Numbered from the stretch's first letter, positions 38,255 through 48,295 are shown. The stretch is DNA of 64,000 nt from an uncultured Chloroflexia bacterium (GCA_963700285.1 CAVOXA010000014.1:864001-928000); one strand, 5' to 3'. Notes: a model not told the origin generated them from the letters alone. Program-made: numbers and translations.

Positions 38255-38779
38255 ATGGCCATCTGGTTCCTCCTGGCTGCCTTGGTCACGGGTGGGCTGG
38301 GCATCTGGCTGCTACTGCGTGCAAGGTTCGCCCGCCAGGAGACCGGCCTGCCTTTGGGTCGTGTGGCCTACGTAGACACCGGTGCCTGGAACCGCTGTGA
38401 GCGGCCCCTATTCTCCGATCAGTACCGCTTGACCGGCCGGCCGGACTATCTGGTACAAGGTTCGAAAGGCATGATCCCGGTGGAGGTAAAATCCAGTGCC
38501 GCCCCCGGAAGACCGTATGCGGCGCATGTGCTACAGCTGGCGGCTTACTGCCTGCTGGTTGAGGAGCAGGAAGGTCAGGCGCCCCCATACGGTATCATCA
38601 AGTACCGCGATCGCACTTTCGAAGTTGAGTTCAGCCCTGGCCTCCGCACCGAACTGCTGGACACCCTCGACGCCATGCGCTGGGATTTGGGCGCCCGAGA
38701 GGTCGACCGGGATCACAGAGAGGCTGGACGCTGCCAGGCCTGCGGCTACCGTGAACGCTGCGATCAGCGACTGGCCTAA
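38255..38779 (+). CDS. Cas4-like PD-(D/E)XK nuclease, C-terminal part with N-terminal TM helix
   Basis: TM MAIWFLLAALVTGGLGIWLLL, then LTGRPD, PVEVKS, QLAAY and C-terminal CQACGYRERC. Confidence 0.85.
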   Translation: MAIWFLLAALVTGGLGIWLLLRARFARQETGLPLGRVAYVDTGAWNRCERPLFSDQYRLTGRPDYLVQGSKGMIPVEVKSSAAPGRPYAAHVLQLAAYCLLVEEQEGQAPPYGIIKYRDRTFEVEFSPGLRTELLDTLDAMRWDLGAREVDRDHREAGRCQACGYRERCDQRLA

Positions 38780-38969
38780 GGCTCCCATTGGCTGTTGCAG
38801 CACCCCATGCTTGGCCCAGAGTGGACCGAGCTCACCTGCAGTGGCCTCCAATCACCTTGTAGACGCTGCCGGGTTCGAGGTCATCAGGCATCCTGAACTT
38901 GAAGACTGGTACAATCCAGCTTCAGGCTGGTGAGCTGTCCCCCATCCTTTCTGGGCACTCGATCAGGAA

Positions 38970-38998
38970 TTGACGCAGCGTGAGAAGTGTGCTAAGAT
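38970..38998 (+). promoter_or_regulatory. Sigma70-type promoter of rluB-cmk-DUF512
   Basis: TTGACG-17 bp-TAAGAT with an extended TG. Confidence 0.6.
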
Positions 38999-39011
38999 CG
39001 ACTCAGCCCCG

Positions 39012-39068
39012 GCCATCGCGGGGTAGCATTAGTCTCAAAGAACGCGGCTGTCCGCCATCGTGGGGTAG
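39012..39068 (+). repeat. 15-bp direct repeat pair in the rluB leader
   Basis: GCCATCGCGGGGTAG (39012-39026) and GCCATCGTGGGGTAG (39054-39068). Confidence 0.7.
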
Positions 39069-39105
39069 AACCCTGCAGTCTCGCCCCGAGGAGAAAAGCA
39101 ACAGC

Positions 39106-39885
39106 GTGTCAGAAGAATCCAAAGAACGGCTGCAAAAAGTCCTGGCCCATGCTGGGATTGCTTCACGTCGCGAAGCCGAGGGTCTGATCCAGCAGGGCCG
39201 GGTAACCGTCAACGGCCAGACCGTGACCCAGATGGGCACAAAAGTGGACCCAGGTCGCGACGAGATCTGGGTTGATGGCCAACGTATCCAAGTCGCGTCC
39301 CAAATGATATACGTCATGCTTAGCAAACCGTCGGGCACCCTATCGGTCATGGAAGATGATCGAGGCCGCCCCGCACTTGGAGACCTGATACAGGTACCCA
39401 CGCGGATGTACCCCGTGGGACGTCTGGATATTGACAGTGAAGGACTTGTCCTGCTGACCAATGATGGCGAGCTGGCCAATCTGCTCACCCATCCTCGGTA
39501 CCAACATGAGAGAGAATACCGTGTGCTGGTCAATGGACGTCCATCGAAGAAGACGCTCGGCGCCTGGCAGCGGGGCGTCATGCTCGATGGAAAACTCACG
39601 GCGCCAGCCAGGGTGGATGCCATCCGCCAGGAGAAAGACTCGACGTGGCTCAGGATCGTGATGCGCGAGGGACGCAAACGCCAGATCCGGAGCGTGGCGT
39701 CACTGCTCGGCCACCCGGTGCGACAACTGAAACGAGTGCGGATGGGACCGCTGTACCTAGGCCAATTGGAAGTCGGGCAGTGGCGCTATCTAACAAGCAA
39801 GGAGATTAGCGACTTGGAGGCGCTCAAGCGGCTACCCACCAAAGGCAAAACTCGAAAGCCACGAGGTCACGGCCACACCCGTTGA
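39106..39885 (+). CDS. rluB: rRNA pseudouridine synthase, RsuA/RluB family with S4 domain
   Basis: ERLQKVLA.AG.ASRR.AE, YPVGRLD and EGRKRQIR motifs. GTG start after GAGGAG. Confidence 0.88.
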   Translation: MSEESKERLQKVLAHAGIASRREAEGLIQQGRVTVNGQTVTQMGTKVDPGRDEIWVDGQRIQVASQMIYVMLSKPSGTLSVMEDDRGRPALGDLIQVPTRMYPVGRLDIDSEGLVLLTNDGELANLLTHPRYQHEREYRVLVNGRPSKKTLGAWQRGVMLDGKLTAPARVDAIRQEKDSTWLRIVMREGRKRQIRSVASLLGHPVRQLKRVRMGPLYLGQLEVGQWRYLTSKEISDLEALKRLPTKGKTRKPRGHGHTR

Positions 39886-39936
39886 AGGCGCTCTGCCGAC
39901 GCCGCAGCAGCGCCAAGCGCAGCAAGGAGCCAGACA

Positions 39937-40629
39937 GTGACGCAACCTTTGACCATCGCCATCGATGGGCCAGCAGCATCCGGCAAGAGTACGATCGGCA
40001 GGCTGCTGGCCGATCACCTGAATTTCGTTTACTTTGATACAGGGGCGATGTATCGCGCCGTGACAAATGCCGCTTTGGACCGGGGGGTGCCCATTGAAGA
40101 TGAGGCCGGCGTCACGGCACTGGCGGAGAAATTGGCCATCGATATCCTGCTGCCGACTGTGGATGATGGCCGCCAGTACACCGTGCTGGCCGACGGCGAC
40201 GACGTGACGTGGGCGATCCGGCGGCCGGATGTGGACCGTGGAGTATCGCCGGTGTCGGCCTACGCTGGCGTCCGAGCGGCACTGACTGCCCAGCAGCGCC
40301 GTATCGGCCAAAGGGGCCGGATTGTGATGGTTGGCCGCGATATCGGCACAGTCGTGTTACCGGATGCCGATCTCAAGATCTATCTGGACGCCACGGTGCA
40401 GGAGCGTGCCTGGCGCCGCTATCAAGAAGAGGTGTCGAGAAAAGAACCAGTCGACTATGATGCCGTCTTGGCCTCAATGCGGCGGAGGGACAAGATCGAC
40501 AGCAGACGTATTCTTGCGCCGCTGCAAATCGCTGACGATGCTGTCGTCTTGGACACCACAGGCAAGGACGTACACCAAGTCTTGGAAAAAGTCTTGAGTC
40601 TGGTTGAGGGCTGGAACAGAGGCCAGTGA
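39937..40629 (+). CDS. cmk: Cytidylate kinase
   Basis: IAIDGPAASGKST, DTGAMYRA and GRDIGTVV.PDA motifs. Confidence 0.96.
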   Translation: MTQPLTIAIDGPAASGKSTIGRLLADHLNFVYFDTGAMYRAVTNAALDRGVPIEDEAGVTALAEKLAIDILLPTVDDGRQYTVLADGDDVTWAIRRPDVDRGVSPVSAYAGVRAALTAQQRRIGQRGRIVMVGRDIGTVVLPDADLKIYLDATVQERAWRRYQEEVSRKEPVDYDAVLASMRRRDKIDSRRILAPLQIADDAVVLDTTGKDVHQVLEKVLSLVEGWNRGQ

Positions 40630-40698
40630 CCAGGTAGCATAGCAACCCTGCGCCTGGGACCTTACATTACCCAGGCGTTTTTGGCAGGGAGAGGTCAG

Positions 40699-42051
40699 GT
40701 GGTCAAAGTACCAGGAGGCGTCATTTCCTGTGTGGAGCCAGGCAGCCTTGGCGAAGCGGCGGAGCTTCGACCAGGCGATCGCCTGGTGTCCATCAACGAT
40801 CACCTGCTACGCGACATCATCGACGTACAGTTCTATGGCGCAGAGGAATGGCTGAGGCTGCTCTTTGAGCGGGACGGACATCAAACGGTGGTCGAAATAC
40901 AACGGGACTATGACGATGCGCTGGGCCTCTCCTTTGAGAATCCAACCTTTGACGTGGACATACGGCGTTGCGCCAACAACTGCGACTTTTGTTTCGTCAA
41001 GCAGAATGCCAGGGGCATGCGTCGCTCGCTATATGTCAAGGACGACGATTATCGCTATTCCTTCCTGTTTGGCAATTTCGTGACGCTAAGCAACCTTGGG
41101 GAGGAGGATTGGCAGCGGCTGGATGAGCAGCGGATCAGCCCCCTGTATGTGTCGGTCCACGCCAGTGACCTCGCTCTCCGAAGGCGGTTCCTAGGCCGCA
41201 AATCCGCACCTGACGTGCTGACGCAATTGCGGCGCCTGGCTGACCTGGGCATCGAGGCCCACACCCAGGTTGTACTGGTCCCTGGACTAAACGATGGGGA
41301 CCACCTGGCTGAGACGATCGCCGACCTGTCCAGCCTCTATCAGGAGCCCGTCACCTCGGTAGTCGTCGTACCCATCGGCTTGACCAAGTATCACCGGGGG
41401 CAGTGCAGTACCTATACGACGGATCAGTCAAGGGCGGTACTGGACCAAGTGGAGGTCTGGCAAGCACAGAGCCGGGCGGAACGAGGGATCACTTTTGTCC
41501 ATGCGTCGGACGAGTGGTACTTGGTGGCTGGCCGAGAGGTACCTCCCGCAGACACGTATGACGGCTTCCCACAGGTAGAAAACGGCGTCGGCATGGTAAG
41601 ACAATTGCTTGATGAGGCGGTAGCTTTTCAAGCGTCCTCCAGCTCTGCCTTACGCCTCAAATCGGCAACGCTTGTCTGCGGGACACTCATCGCGCCGGTG
41701 TGGGCCCAGTTGGTGAAAGAACTAAACGCCGTGGCCGGCGCGCATTTGCAGTTGGTTCCGGTGACCAACCAGTTCTTTGGTCCGGTGACCACTGTGTCCG
41801 GCCTGCTGACGGGCAAAGATGTGGTCACAGCGTTGAGGGATCGGCCTCTAGGCGAGGTCATCCTACTGCCCCGTGCGATGTTCACGGGGCACTATGGCGC
41901 CGGGGCTGCTCCCCCGGATACGACACTGGATGACATGCACATCAGCGACATCGGCCAGCAGATCAGCTTGGTGGAGCCCGCCGCGCAGGTGAGAATGGCA
42001 GGGACACTTACGGAGGTCCTCTCAGCCCTCAGTCACCACGCCGGCTACTAG
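40699..42051 (+). CDS. PDZ + radical-SAM-like DUF512 Fe-S protein
   Basis: N-terminal PDZ-like PGS.GE..LRPGD, then CANNCDFCF..Q, LYVKDDDYR.SF..GNF.TL, QVENGVG and VSGLLTG.D. Confidence 0.88.
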   Translation: MVKVPGGVISCVEPGSLGEAAELRPGDRLVSINDHLLRDIIDVQFYGAEEWLRLLFERDGHQTVVEIQRDYDDALGLSFENPTFDVDIRRCANNCDFCFVKQNARGMRRSLYVKDDDYRYSFLFGNFVTLSNLGEEDWQRLDEQRISPLYVSVHASDLALRRRFLGRKSAPDVLTQLRRLADLGIEAHTQVVLVPGLNDGDHLAETIADLSSLYQEPVTSVVVVPIGLTKYHRGQCSTYTTDQSRAVLDQVEVWQAQSRAERGITFVHASDEWYLVAGREVPPADTYDGFPQVENGVGMVRQLLDEAVAFQASSSSALRLKSATLVCGTLIAPVWAQLVKELNAVAGAHLQLVPVTNQFFGPVTTVSGLLTGKDVVTALRDRPLGEVILLPRAMFTGHYGAGAAPPDTTLDDMHISDIGQQISLVEPAAQVRMAGTLTEVLSALSHHAGY

Positions 42052-42101
42052 TCTTTGGCTGGGCACCGCCACGGCCTGCACTGGGCAAAGCTAGAACCGA
42101 C

Positions 42102-42139
42102 AAAGGCTCGTGCTCTCTCCTATGAGAACACGAGCCTTT
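42102..42139. terminator. Probable bidirectional terminator between convergent genes
   Basis: AAAGGCTCGTG ... CACGAGCCTTT inverted repeat. Confidence 0.65.
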
Positions 42140-42177
42140 CAACCTTTGCGAACAGTCGCCTCTGGAGGCGAGAGGCC

Positions 42178-43173
42178 CTACCCGACCGTAACGATGGGCA
42201 AATCGCGCATTGTAACCAGGCCAGGCGCCGACTCTATCACCCGGCGGACCGCGTTCACGGCAATGGCCACGGTGGCAATATCGCCATTGGTACCCTTGAG
42301 CTTGACCTCGAGATCCGGAACTCCCGTGAGCTGGATCGTATCCCCATCCTCCCCAGCATCCAGCGCAGCGATGAAGGTGAGGGTCATGAACACGCCATCC
42401 TGAGTGTACCCACGGGCCACCTGTTTGAGTCCCCTCACCTGTCCGGGCTGCACCTCAAAAAAGCCTGTCTTGACCAACCGATCGGCCACCACAGGCTCTA
42501 CGTCCGATTCGTAGCGCACCAGTGTCTTGCCAAGTGTGTCAAAGACCATGTCGACAGACTCAGGCAACCCAACGTGGCCCATGCGGCCTGCTGCCATCCT
42601 GGCATTGAAATCATCCACCGTCAGCCCAGAGCCGATCTTGGCCTGAAAGGGCCCGCGCCGGGTTGACGCATTGATGACTCGCATCACCTCGACACTGTCC
42701 ACACGCTGGCAAATAGCCGTCAGGGACAGAGGCAACGCATCCATGATGAAACCAGGGTTGACACCGGTACCCAACACCGTCTTGCCAACACGTCTGGCCA
42801 CAGCATCTACCTCGGCAGCCTCTTCCGGATGGGCAAGCCAAGGAAAGGAAAGCTCCTCAGCGGTCGAGACGACGTCCAGTCCTGCCTCCAATATCTCGAC
42901 GACTTGGGCCTTGAAAAGGTCAAAATAGGAACTAGTCGTATGAAGCACGACATCCGCTTCTGTGCCGGCCATAGCCTGCGCCAGATTCGCTGACACGGGA
43001 AAGCCCAGGGGCGCCTCCAGGCCAACGACCTCACCTACATCGCGGCCTATCTTGGCCGGGTCGATGTCTACTCCCGCAACCAGCTCCAGACCCTCTCGTT
43101 CCACCACGTGACGCGCCACGGCGCCCCCTATGGGTCCAAGCCCATACTGTATCACTCTCACGACGTCTGACAT
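42178..43173 (-). CDS. NAD(P)-dependent amine/amino-acid dehydrogenase, 2,4-diaminopentanoate dehydrogenase (Ord)-like with DapB-type N-domain
   Basis: YGLGPIG Rossmann motif, VSTAEEL, GTGVNPGF.MD, GD.AT.A and APGL.TM.DLP. Confidence 0.8.
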   Translation of the reverse strand: MSDVVRVIQYGLGPIGGAVARHVVEREGLELVAGVDIDPAKIGRDVGEVVGLEAPLGFPVSANLAQAMAGTEADVVLHTTSSYFDLFKAQVVEILEAGLDVVSTAEELSFPWLAHPEEAAEVDAVARRVGKTVLGTGVNPGFIMDALPLSLTAICQRVDSVEVMRVINASTRRGPFQAKIGSGLTVDDFNARMAAGRMGHVGLPESVDMVFDTLGKTLVRYESDVEPVVADRLVKTGFFEVQPGQVRGLKQVARGYTQDGVFMTLTFIAALDAGEDGDTIQLTGVPDLEVKLKGTNGDIATVAIAVNAVRRVIESAPGLVTMRDLPIVTVG

Positions 43174-43217
43174 CTTTCCTCCAAAATGTAATTAGGTTTC
43201 TGACAACAACAAAGAGG

Positions 43218-44618
43218 CTATAGGTATGGCTTTATCCGGCGCGCCGCCCGGCGACAAGCATCAGCAATTAGGTCAATGTCCGATTCAGTATGGGCAGTCG
43301 ACACGCTGCCGTGACCGCGCAACACGAACACGTCATTCAAGAGCAAAGCCAGATCCAGGACTTCATGGCCTAAGGCAATATCACATACAGACGGATCAAA
43401 CCAATCGGCTGGCCCGTTAAGCTGGGCATCTTCCTCAAAGGGAAAATGGAGGTAAAACATCGAGCTACCGGGCAGCACGGCGCTCCCGTTGCCCATGCAG
43501 CGGGCATAGATCCCCTCCTCAACAAATGCATTTTCCAAGGTATCACGAAGCTTTTCGCCCAACACCGCCAGCCGGGAATAGACCTCTTGTTCGTGAGCAA
43601 CCAGGTAGCTCAAGCATACCCTGGCAGCCAGCAGCGAAGCCGGATGGGCAGAGTAGGTGCCGCCAGAGAATTTGACCCTTCTACCGCCTTCGCGTCCCGC
43701 CAGCCCCATGACATCGGCCCTGCCCGTGACGGCAGATACGGGCATGCCGCCGCCGATAATCTTGCCAAAGGTGGACAGGTCGGGCTGGATGCCATACATT
43801 CCTCCCATGCTGCCCGCACGAAAGCGAAACCCAGAGATCACTTCATCAAGGATCAGCATCACGCCATATTGTTCGGTCAGTTCTCGGGCAATCTGCAGAT
43901 ATTCGGGCGTGGCCGATACAAAACCACCGATGCCGAGGAAGGGCTCGACAATAAAGCACGCCAGCCCATCGCCATACTCCCGAAAGTGAGCGCGCAACAT
44001 CTCGGGATCATTAAAGCTGGTCACAACAACCTTGTCGGTTACTGCAACGGGCACACCGTCGGATTCCACCTTTTTGAATCCACTGGCATTCTCCGCCGAG
44101 AAGCCGATGCCCTTGAGCGCCCAAGGCTGTGCGCCATGCCAGCCGCCGCCCACCTTCATCACCATCGTGCGCCCGGTGAAAGCACGGGACAGCATGATGG
44201 CATACATGGTGGCCAGAGCGCCACTGGTAGTAAAGCGTACCCGCTGCGCGCCGGTCTGCTGGCAGAGAATCTCGGCAACCTCTATTTGTAGGCGATCGGT
44301 GAAACCGGTCTGCAAGCCCAAGCCGCCCTCAAGCGCACGGGCCACTGCCGAGGTGACCACCTTGGGGTTGTGTCCTAGAATATTGGCAAAGTGCCCCTGC
44401 CACAGATCGAGGATGTGGTGCCCGTCCTCATCCGTGACCCAGGCTCCTTGTGCAGCAGCAATGCGAGGAGGGAAAGGCCACATGAGCCGCAGCGCATGGC
44501 TCCCACCATCGACCTGATAGCGTTCAGCTTTTTCGTTCAGTGCTCTGGATTCTGGCGAGTACCGCTTGTAGGCCTCTTCAAGCTCAGCCAGCAGGGGGGT
44601 ATAGTCCCTTGTCTTCAT
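43218..44618 (-). CDS. Class III PLP aminotransferase (HemL-like)
   Basis: ILGH, VRFTTSG, LILDEVISGFR, STFGKIIGGGMP and SGGTYSAHP motifs. GGAGGAG SD before ATG 44618. Confidence 0.87.
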   Translation of the reverse strand: MKTRDYTPLLAELEEAYKRYSPESRALNEKAERYQVDGGSHALRLMWPFPPRIAAAQGAWVTDEDGHHILDLWQGHFANILGHNPKVVTSAVARALEGGLGLQTGFTDRLQIEVAEILCQQTGAQRVRFTTSGALATMYAIMLSRAFTGRTMVMKVGGGWHGAQPWALKGIGFSAENASGFKKVESDGVPVAVTDKVVVTSFNDPEMLRAHFREYGDGLACFIVEPFLGIGGFVSATPEYLQIARELTEQYGVMLILDEVISGFRFRAGSMGGMYGIQPDLSTFGKIIGGGMPVSAVTGRADVMGLAGREGGRRVKFSGGTYSAHPASLLAARVCLSYLVAHEQEVYSRLAVLGEKLRDTLENAFVEEGIYARCMGNGSAVLPGSSMFYLHFPFEEDAQLNGPADWFDPSVCDIALGHEVLDLALLLNDVFVLRGHGSVSTAHTESDIDLIADACRRAARRIKPYL

Positions 44619-44801
44619 GATCTCCTCCCTATGCAACTCTGCACACAGTGCCGATTGTAGCCCATTTCTCAGAATTGTGCAACAGCGCGGTGTTCCTGGG
44701 CTAGTCTGACACCGCCCCGGTCATATTTCGCCCAAGCGCCATCGAACTGCAGGTACCTCTCCACCGATCGACAAGGGTGCTAGGCTGTCATTCCACGCTG
44801 G

Positions 44802-46385
44802 TTATCGTCCCAGCACTCTGCCTGCCCGTGCCCGGGTGTGGACGCCGTCACGGAGCACCAATTCACCATTGACAATGACGTGCCCTATGCCTACAGGGTA
44901 CTGATGAGGTGCCTCGTAGGTCGCCTGGTCGGCCACGGTATCTGGATCCAGAATCACCAGATCGGCCTTGTAGCCTTTCTTCACCAGGCCACGATCCGGC
45001 CACCTGAGCTTCTGCGCCGGGAAGCCGCTCATCTTCCAGATGGCTTCTTCCAACGAAATCACGCCCTGCTCGCGGACGTAATGACCCAGCACGCGGGGGT
45101 AGGTACCGTAGCTACGCGGATGGGGCTTGCCTTTGGATAGAGGCCCCTCGGTAGCATGGCCAGAGGCGTCAGTGCCGATCATCATGGCCGGATGGCGCAG
45201 TTCTGCCTTGCGGTCATCCTCGGACATCATAAAGAGGATCATGCTGACGTCCAATTCCGTCTCCAGCAGCGCATCGTAGACCCAGTCGAGGGGTGATTTG
45301 CCAGCTTCTGCGGCCAGATCGGAGACGTATCGACCTTCGTATTCCCGCACCTTCGGGGAGGAGCTGATGAACACCTTGTCCCCCTCGGCAATGCGAAAGA
45401 AGCCCGTGGACCGCATATCATCCGACATCTTTTGGCGCGCTTCTGGCTCGGCCAAGCGCTTCAAGACGACCTCCTTGCCCCCTGCCTGCGCCCACTCTGG
45501 AAGTGCAGCCATCAGGCCGGTGGCGCCAGCCAGATAGGGATACATGTCGGCGGTGACGTCTAGGCCCTCAGCCTGCGCTTGATCAATCATCTCCAGGCCT
45601 TGAGCCGACTTTTCCCAATTTTCGCGTCTAGCGGCCTTGTAGTGGCTGATCTGCACCGAGGCGCCCGTCTCCCGGCCAACGCGGATGGCCTCGGCGATGG
45701 ATTCCAGCAGCATATCGCCTTCGTCCCTGAGGTGGCTAAAGTAGAAACCGTCTCTCTCACCGGCCGGCCGGGTGACGGCAACCACTTCTTCCGTAGAGGC
45801 ATACGATCCCGGCGGGTAGACGAGGCCGGTGCTGACGCCGATAGCGCCCTCATCCATCGCCCTGGCGACCTCGGCCTGCATTCGTACGATCTCCTCCTCA
45901 TTCGCCGGGTCAGCACTGAATGCTACCACCGCCGATCGCACCATCCCTTGCCCGACTAACGGCACCACGTTGACCGAGGTGCCAATCCGTCTCAAGTAGT
46001 CCAGGTAGCTGCCAAAGGTAGACCACTCGTCCCACGGCAAGGGCATGTCCTCACTCTCCATCATGGCCAGCACCTGCTCGCGGGTCTCGGCCAGCAGCGG
46101 GGCTGGCGAAGCCCCGCACTGCCCGACGACGACGGTGGTAATGCCCTGATGCACCAGACTATCCGCCGTCGGACCAATGGGCAGGGTAAAGTCAGCGTGC
46201 GAGTGCATGTCCACGAACCCTGGGGTTACCGCGCACCCAGAAGCGTCAATCACTTCCCCGGCCTCTGCGCCCTCCAGGTGGCCGATCTCAACGATACGAT
46301 CGCGCTCTATGGCTACGTCCGCCGGGTACCGAGGCGCACCAGAACCATCCGCAACCAGGCCATTCTTAATCAGAATATCAAGCAT
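44802..46385 (-). CDS. N-acyl-D-amino-acid deacylase (D-aminoacylase)
   Basis: PGFVDMHSHAD, QGITTVVVGQCG, STGLVYPPG, HLRDE, ADMYPY.AG and HPRSYGTYPR motifs. Confidence 0.92.
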   Translation of the reverse strand: MLDILIKNGLVADGSGAPRYPADVAIERDRIVEIGHLEGAEAGEVIDASGCAVTPGFVDMHSHADFTLPIGPTADSLVHQGITTVVVGQCGASPAPLLAETREQVLAMMESEDMPLPWDEWSTFGSYLDYLRRIGTSVNVVPLVGQGMVRSAVVAFSADPANEEEIVRMQAEVARAMDEGAIGVSTGLVYPPGSYASTEEVVAVTRPAGERDGFYFSHLRDEGDMLLESIAEAIRVGRETGASVQISHYKAARRENWEKSAQGLEMIDQAQAEGLDVTADMYPYLAGATGLMAALPEWAQAGGKEVVLKRLAEPEARQKMSDDMRSTGFFRIAEGDKVFISSSPKVREYEGRYVSDLAAEAGKSPLDWVYDALLETELDVSMILFMMSEDDRKAELRHPAMMIGTDASGHATEGPLSKGKPHPRSYGTYPRVLGHYVREQGVISLEEAIWKMSGFPAQKLRWPDRGLVKKGYKADLVILDPDTVADQATYEAPHQYPVGIGHVIVNGELVLRDGVHTRARAGRVLGR

Positions 46386-46448
46386 TTTCTCCTCCTTGAG
46401 TCTTCGTTGCAGTCACCAGGTTGTCTCGCCCTTCTATACTGTTCGAAA

Positions 46449-47336
46449 TCAATCCATTTGGCGTGGATCGAGCGCATCACGCAGCCCGTCCCCGAACAGG
46501 TTGAAGGCCAACACAGTGAGGAAAATCATGATTCCGGGGAAAATTGAGATGTGAGGGTACAGCGTGATGTAGGCCCGACCATCAGCCAGGGTGCCACCCC
46601 AGGACGGGTTCGGGGGCTGGATGCCCAAGCCAAGGAACGAGAGCGCGGACTCGAGGATGATGATCGAGCCGATACCCAACGTGGCCAGCACGATGACCGG
46701 CGCCAGCACATTGGGTAGCAAGTGGCGCAGAATGATGCGCGAGTCCTTCACGCCCAACGCCCGGGCTGCCACGATGAATTCCTTCTCCTTCAGGCTCAGG
46801 ACGTCGGCACGAACCACCCGGGCATAGGTGGCCCAGGTAGTGACGCCAATGACGATCAGGGTGGTGGTCAAGCTGGGGCCCAGGACCGCAGCCAGCATGA
46901 TGAGCAGCGCAATGAGGGGGAAAGCCATCAGCGTGTCTGTCAGGCGCATCAGGGACGAGTCAACCCGGCCGCCGAAATAGCCAGCCGTGACACCGACAGC
47001 CACACCGATAACAATGGCCACAGCGCTGGCCACTAGACCGACCGTCAACGCCACCCGCGAGCCATAGATGACGCGGCTCAGTAGATCACGCCCTACGTGG
47101 TCCCAGCCCATCGGGTGCTCCCGGGATGGCGCGACACCGCGCATGCCTGAAACGATCTCGAGCGGGTCGTAGGGTGAGAGGTAGTCGGCGAAAACCGCCA
47201 TCAAGATCACGAGGATAATGAAGGCCAAGCCGACCAGGGCTGCTCGGTTGGCTCGGAAACGACGCCATGACTGCCGGACCTCCGACCTATGAACGTATCC
47301 ACCATCCAGCTCCGCCACTTGCCGATCATCTGCCAT
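46449..47336 (-). CDS. Opp/Dpp-type ABC transporter permease (OppC/DppC-like)
   Basis: GRDLLSRVIYG.R, EFIVAARALG, ESALSFLGLG and GDGLRDALDP motifs. Confidence 0.93.
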   Translation of the reverse strand: MADDRQVAELDGGYVHRSEVRQSWRRFRANRAALVGLAFIILVILMAVFADYLSPYDPLEIVSGMRGVAPSREHPMGWDHVGRDLLSRVIYGSRVALTVGLVASAVAIVIGVAVGVTAGYFGGRVDSSLMRLTDTLMAFPLIALLIMLAAVLGPSLTTTLIVIGVTTWATYARVVRADVLSLKEKEFIVAARALGVKDSRIILRHLLPNVLAPVIVLATLGIGSIIILESALSFLGLGIQPPNPSWGGTLADGRAYITLYPHISIFPGIMIFLTVLAFNLFGDGLRDALDPRQMD

Positions 47337-47362
47337 GTGTTCTACCCTTGTCCAGTCTCAGG

Positions 47363-48295
47363 CTATTCAATGCGTATGCGCGGGTCGACGAAGGCATAGA
47401 CCAGGTCGGTCAGCAGATTCACCACGACGACAATCACAGCCAGCAGAAAGACGATGGACTGCACGACCTGGTAATCGAGGCGGAACACCGAGTCGGTGAA
47501 TAACCGGCCTATCCCCGGGATGGCAAACACCGTCTCAACGACAATGGTGCCGCTGAGGATAAAGGCGACCTGAAGCCCGATAACAGTCACCACCGGCAGC
47601 AGCGCGTTGCGCACCGCGTGCTGCACAATGACGGCATTCTCGGCCAGGCCCTTGGCCCGAGCCGTACGCACGTAATCCTCCTGCAACACCTCGATGGTGC
47701 CACTGCGCATCACGCGCGTGAGCGTGGCCGTCTGGGCGGTGACCAGCACGATGACCGGTAGGATATAGCCCTTGGCAGACCGGAGGCCAAACGGGGGCAC
47801 CAGGCCCAGCATGAGGGAGAAGACGACGATCAACATCAAGCTGATCCAGAAATTCGGCAGGGCCACGCCTATGGTGGATCCGACGGTGGCCGAATAGTCA
47901 AAGAGCGAGTTGCGTTTCACTCCGGCCACAATCCCGGCCGGGATGGCGATCGCTAGCGAAACCGCTAGCGCTATGAGGTTCAACTTGAGCGTCACCGGTA
48001 TGGCTTCGAAGATCATATCTCGCACCGGAACGCCAGTTCGAATCAGCGAATCGCCAAAATCCCCCCGAAACATGTTGAACAGCCACACTAGGTACTGCTC
48101 GTGATAGGGTTTGTCGAGACCCCATTTGTGCCGGATGGCCTCCATCTGATCCTGGCTGATGCGGACGGCTCCCTCTCCCAGCAGGAGATAGACCGGGTCG
48201 CCAGGCAGCAGGCGCATGATCGCAAAAGTCGCCAGGCTGATCAAAAAGATGACGACCAGCCCTTGAAGCAAACGGACGGTCAGGTATCGGCTCAT
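47363..48295 (-). CDS. Opp/Dpp-type ABC transporter permease (OppB/DppB-like)
   Basis: LPGDP, GDFG.S, EDYVRTARAKGL and DPRI motifs. Confidence 0.93.
   Translation of the reverse strand: MSRYLTVRLLQGLVVIFLISLATFAIMRLLPGDPVYLLLGEGAVRISQDQMEAIRHKWGLDKPYHEQYLVWLFNMFRGDFGDSLIRTGVPVRDMIFEAIPVTLKLNLIALAVSLAIAIPAGIVAGVKRNSLFDYSATVGSTIGVALPNFWISLMLIVVFSLMLGLVPPFGLRSAKGYILPVIVLVTAQTATLTRVMRSGTIEVLQEDYVRTARAKGLAENAVIVQHAVRNALLPVVTVIGLQVAFILSGTIVVETVFAIPGIGRLFTDSVFRLDYQVVQSIVFLLAVIVVVVNLLTDLVYAFVDPRIRIE

Noticed and set aside
38800-38933. Protein-like tail VDAAGFEVIRHPELEDWYNPASGW
   Set aside because: Could be a gene remnant, but there is no start or recognisable family to support it.
38780-39100. Possible CRISPR array next to the Cas4-like genes
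   Set aside because: Only two 15-bp repeats, with no series of 25-45-bp repeats and spacers and no cas1 or cas2.
43218-44618. Calling the aminotransferase hemL
   Set aside because: Catabolic context, no tetrapyrrole genes nearby and divergent N-terminal motifs; left as HemL-like.
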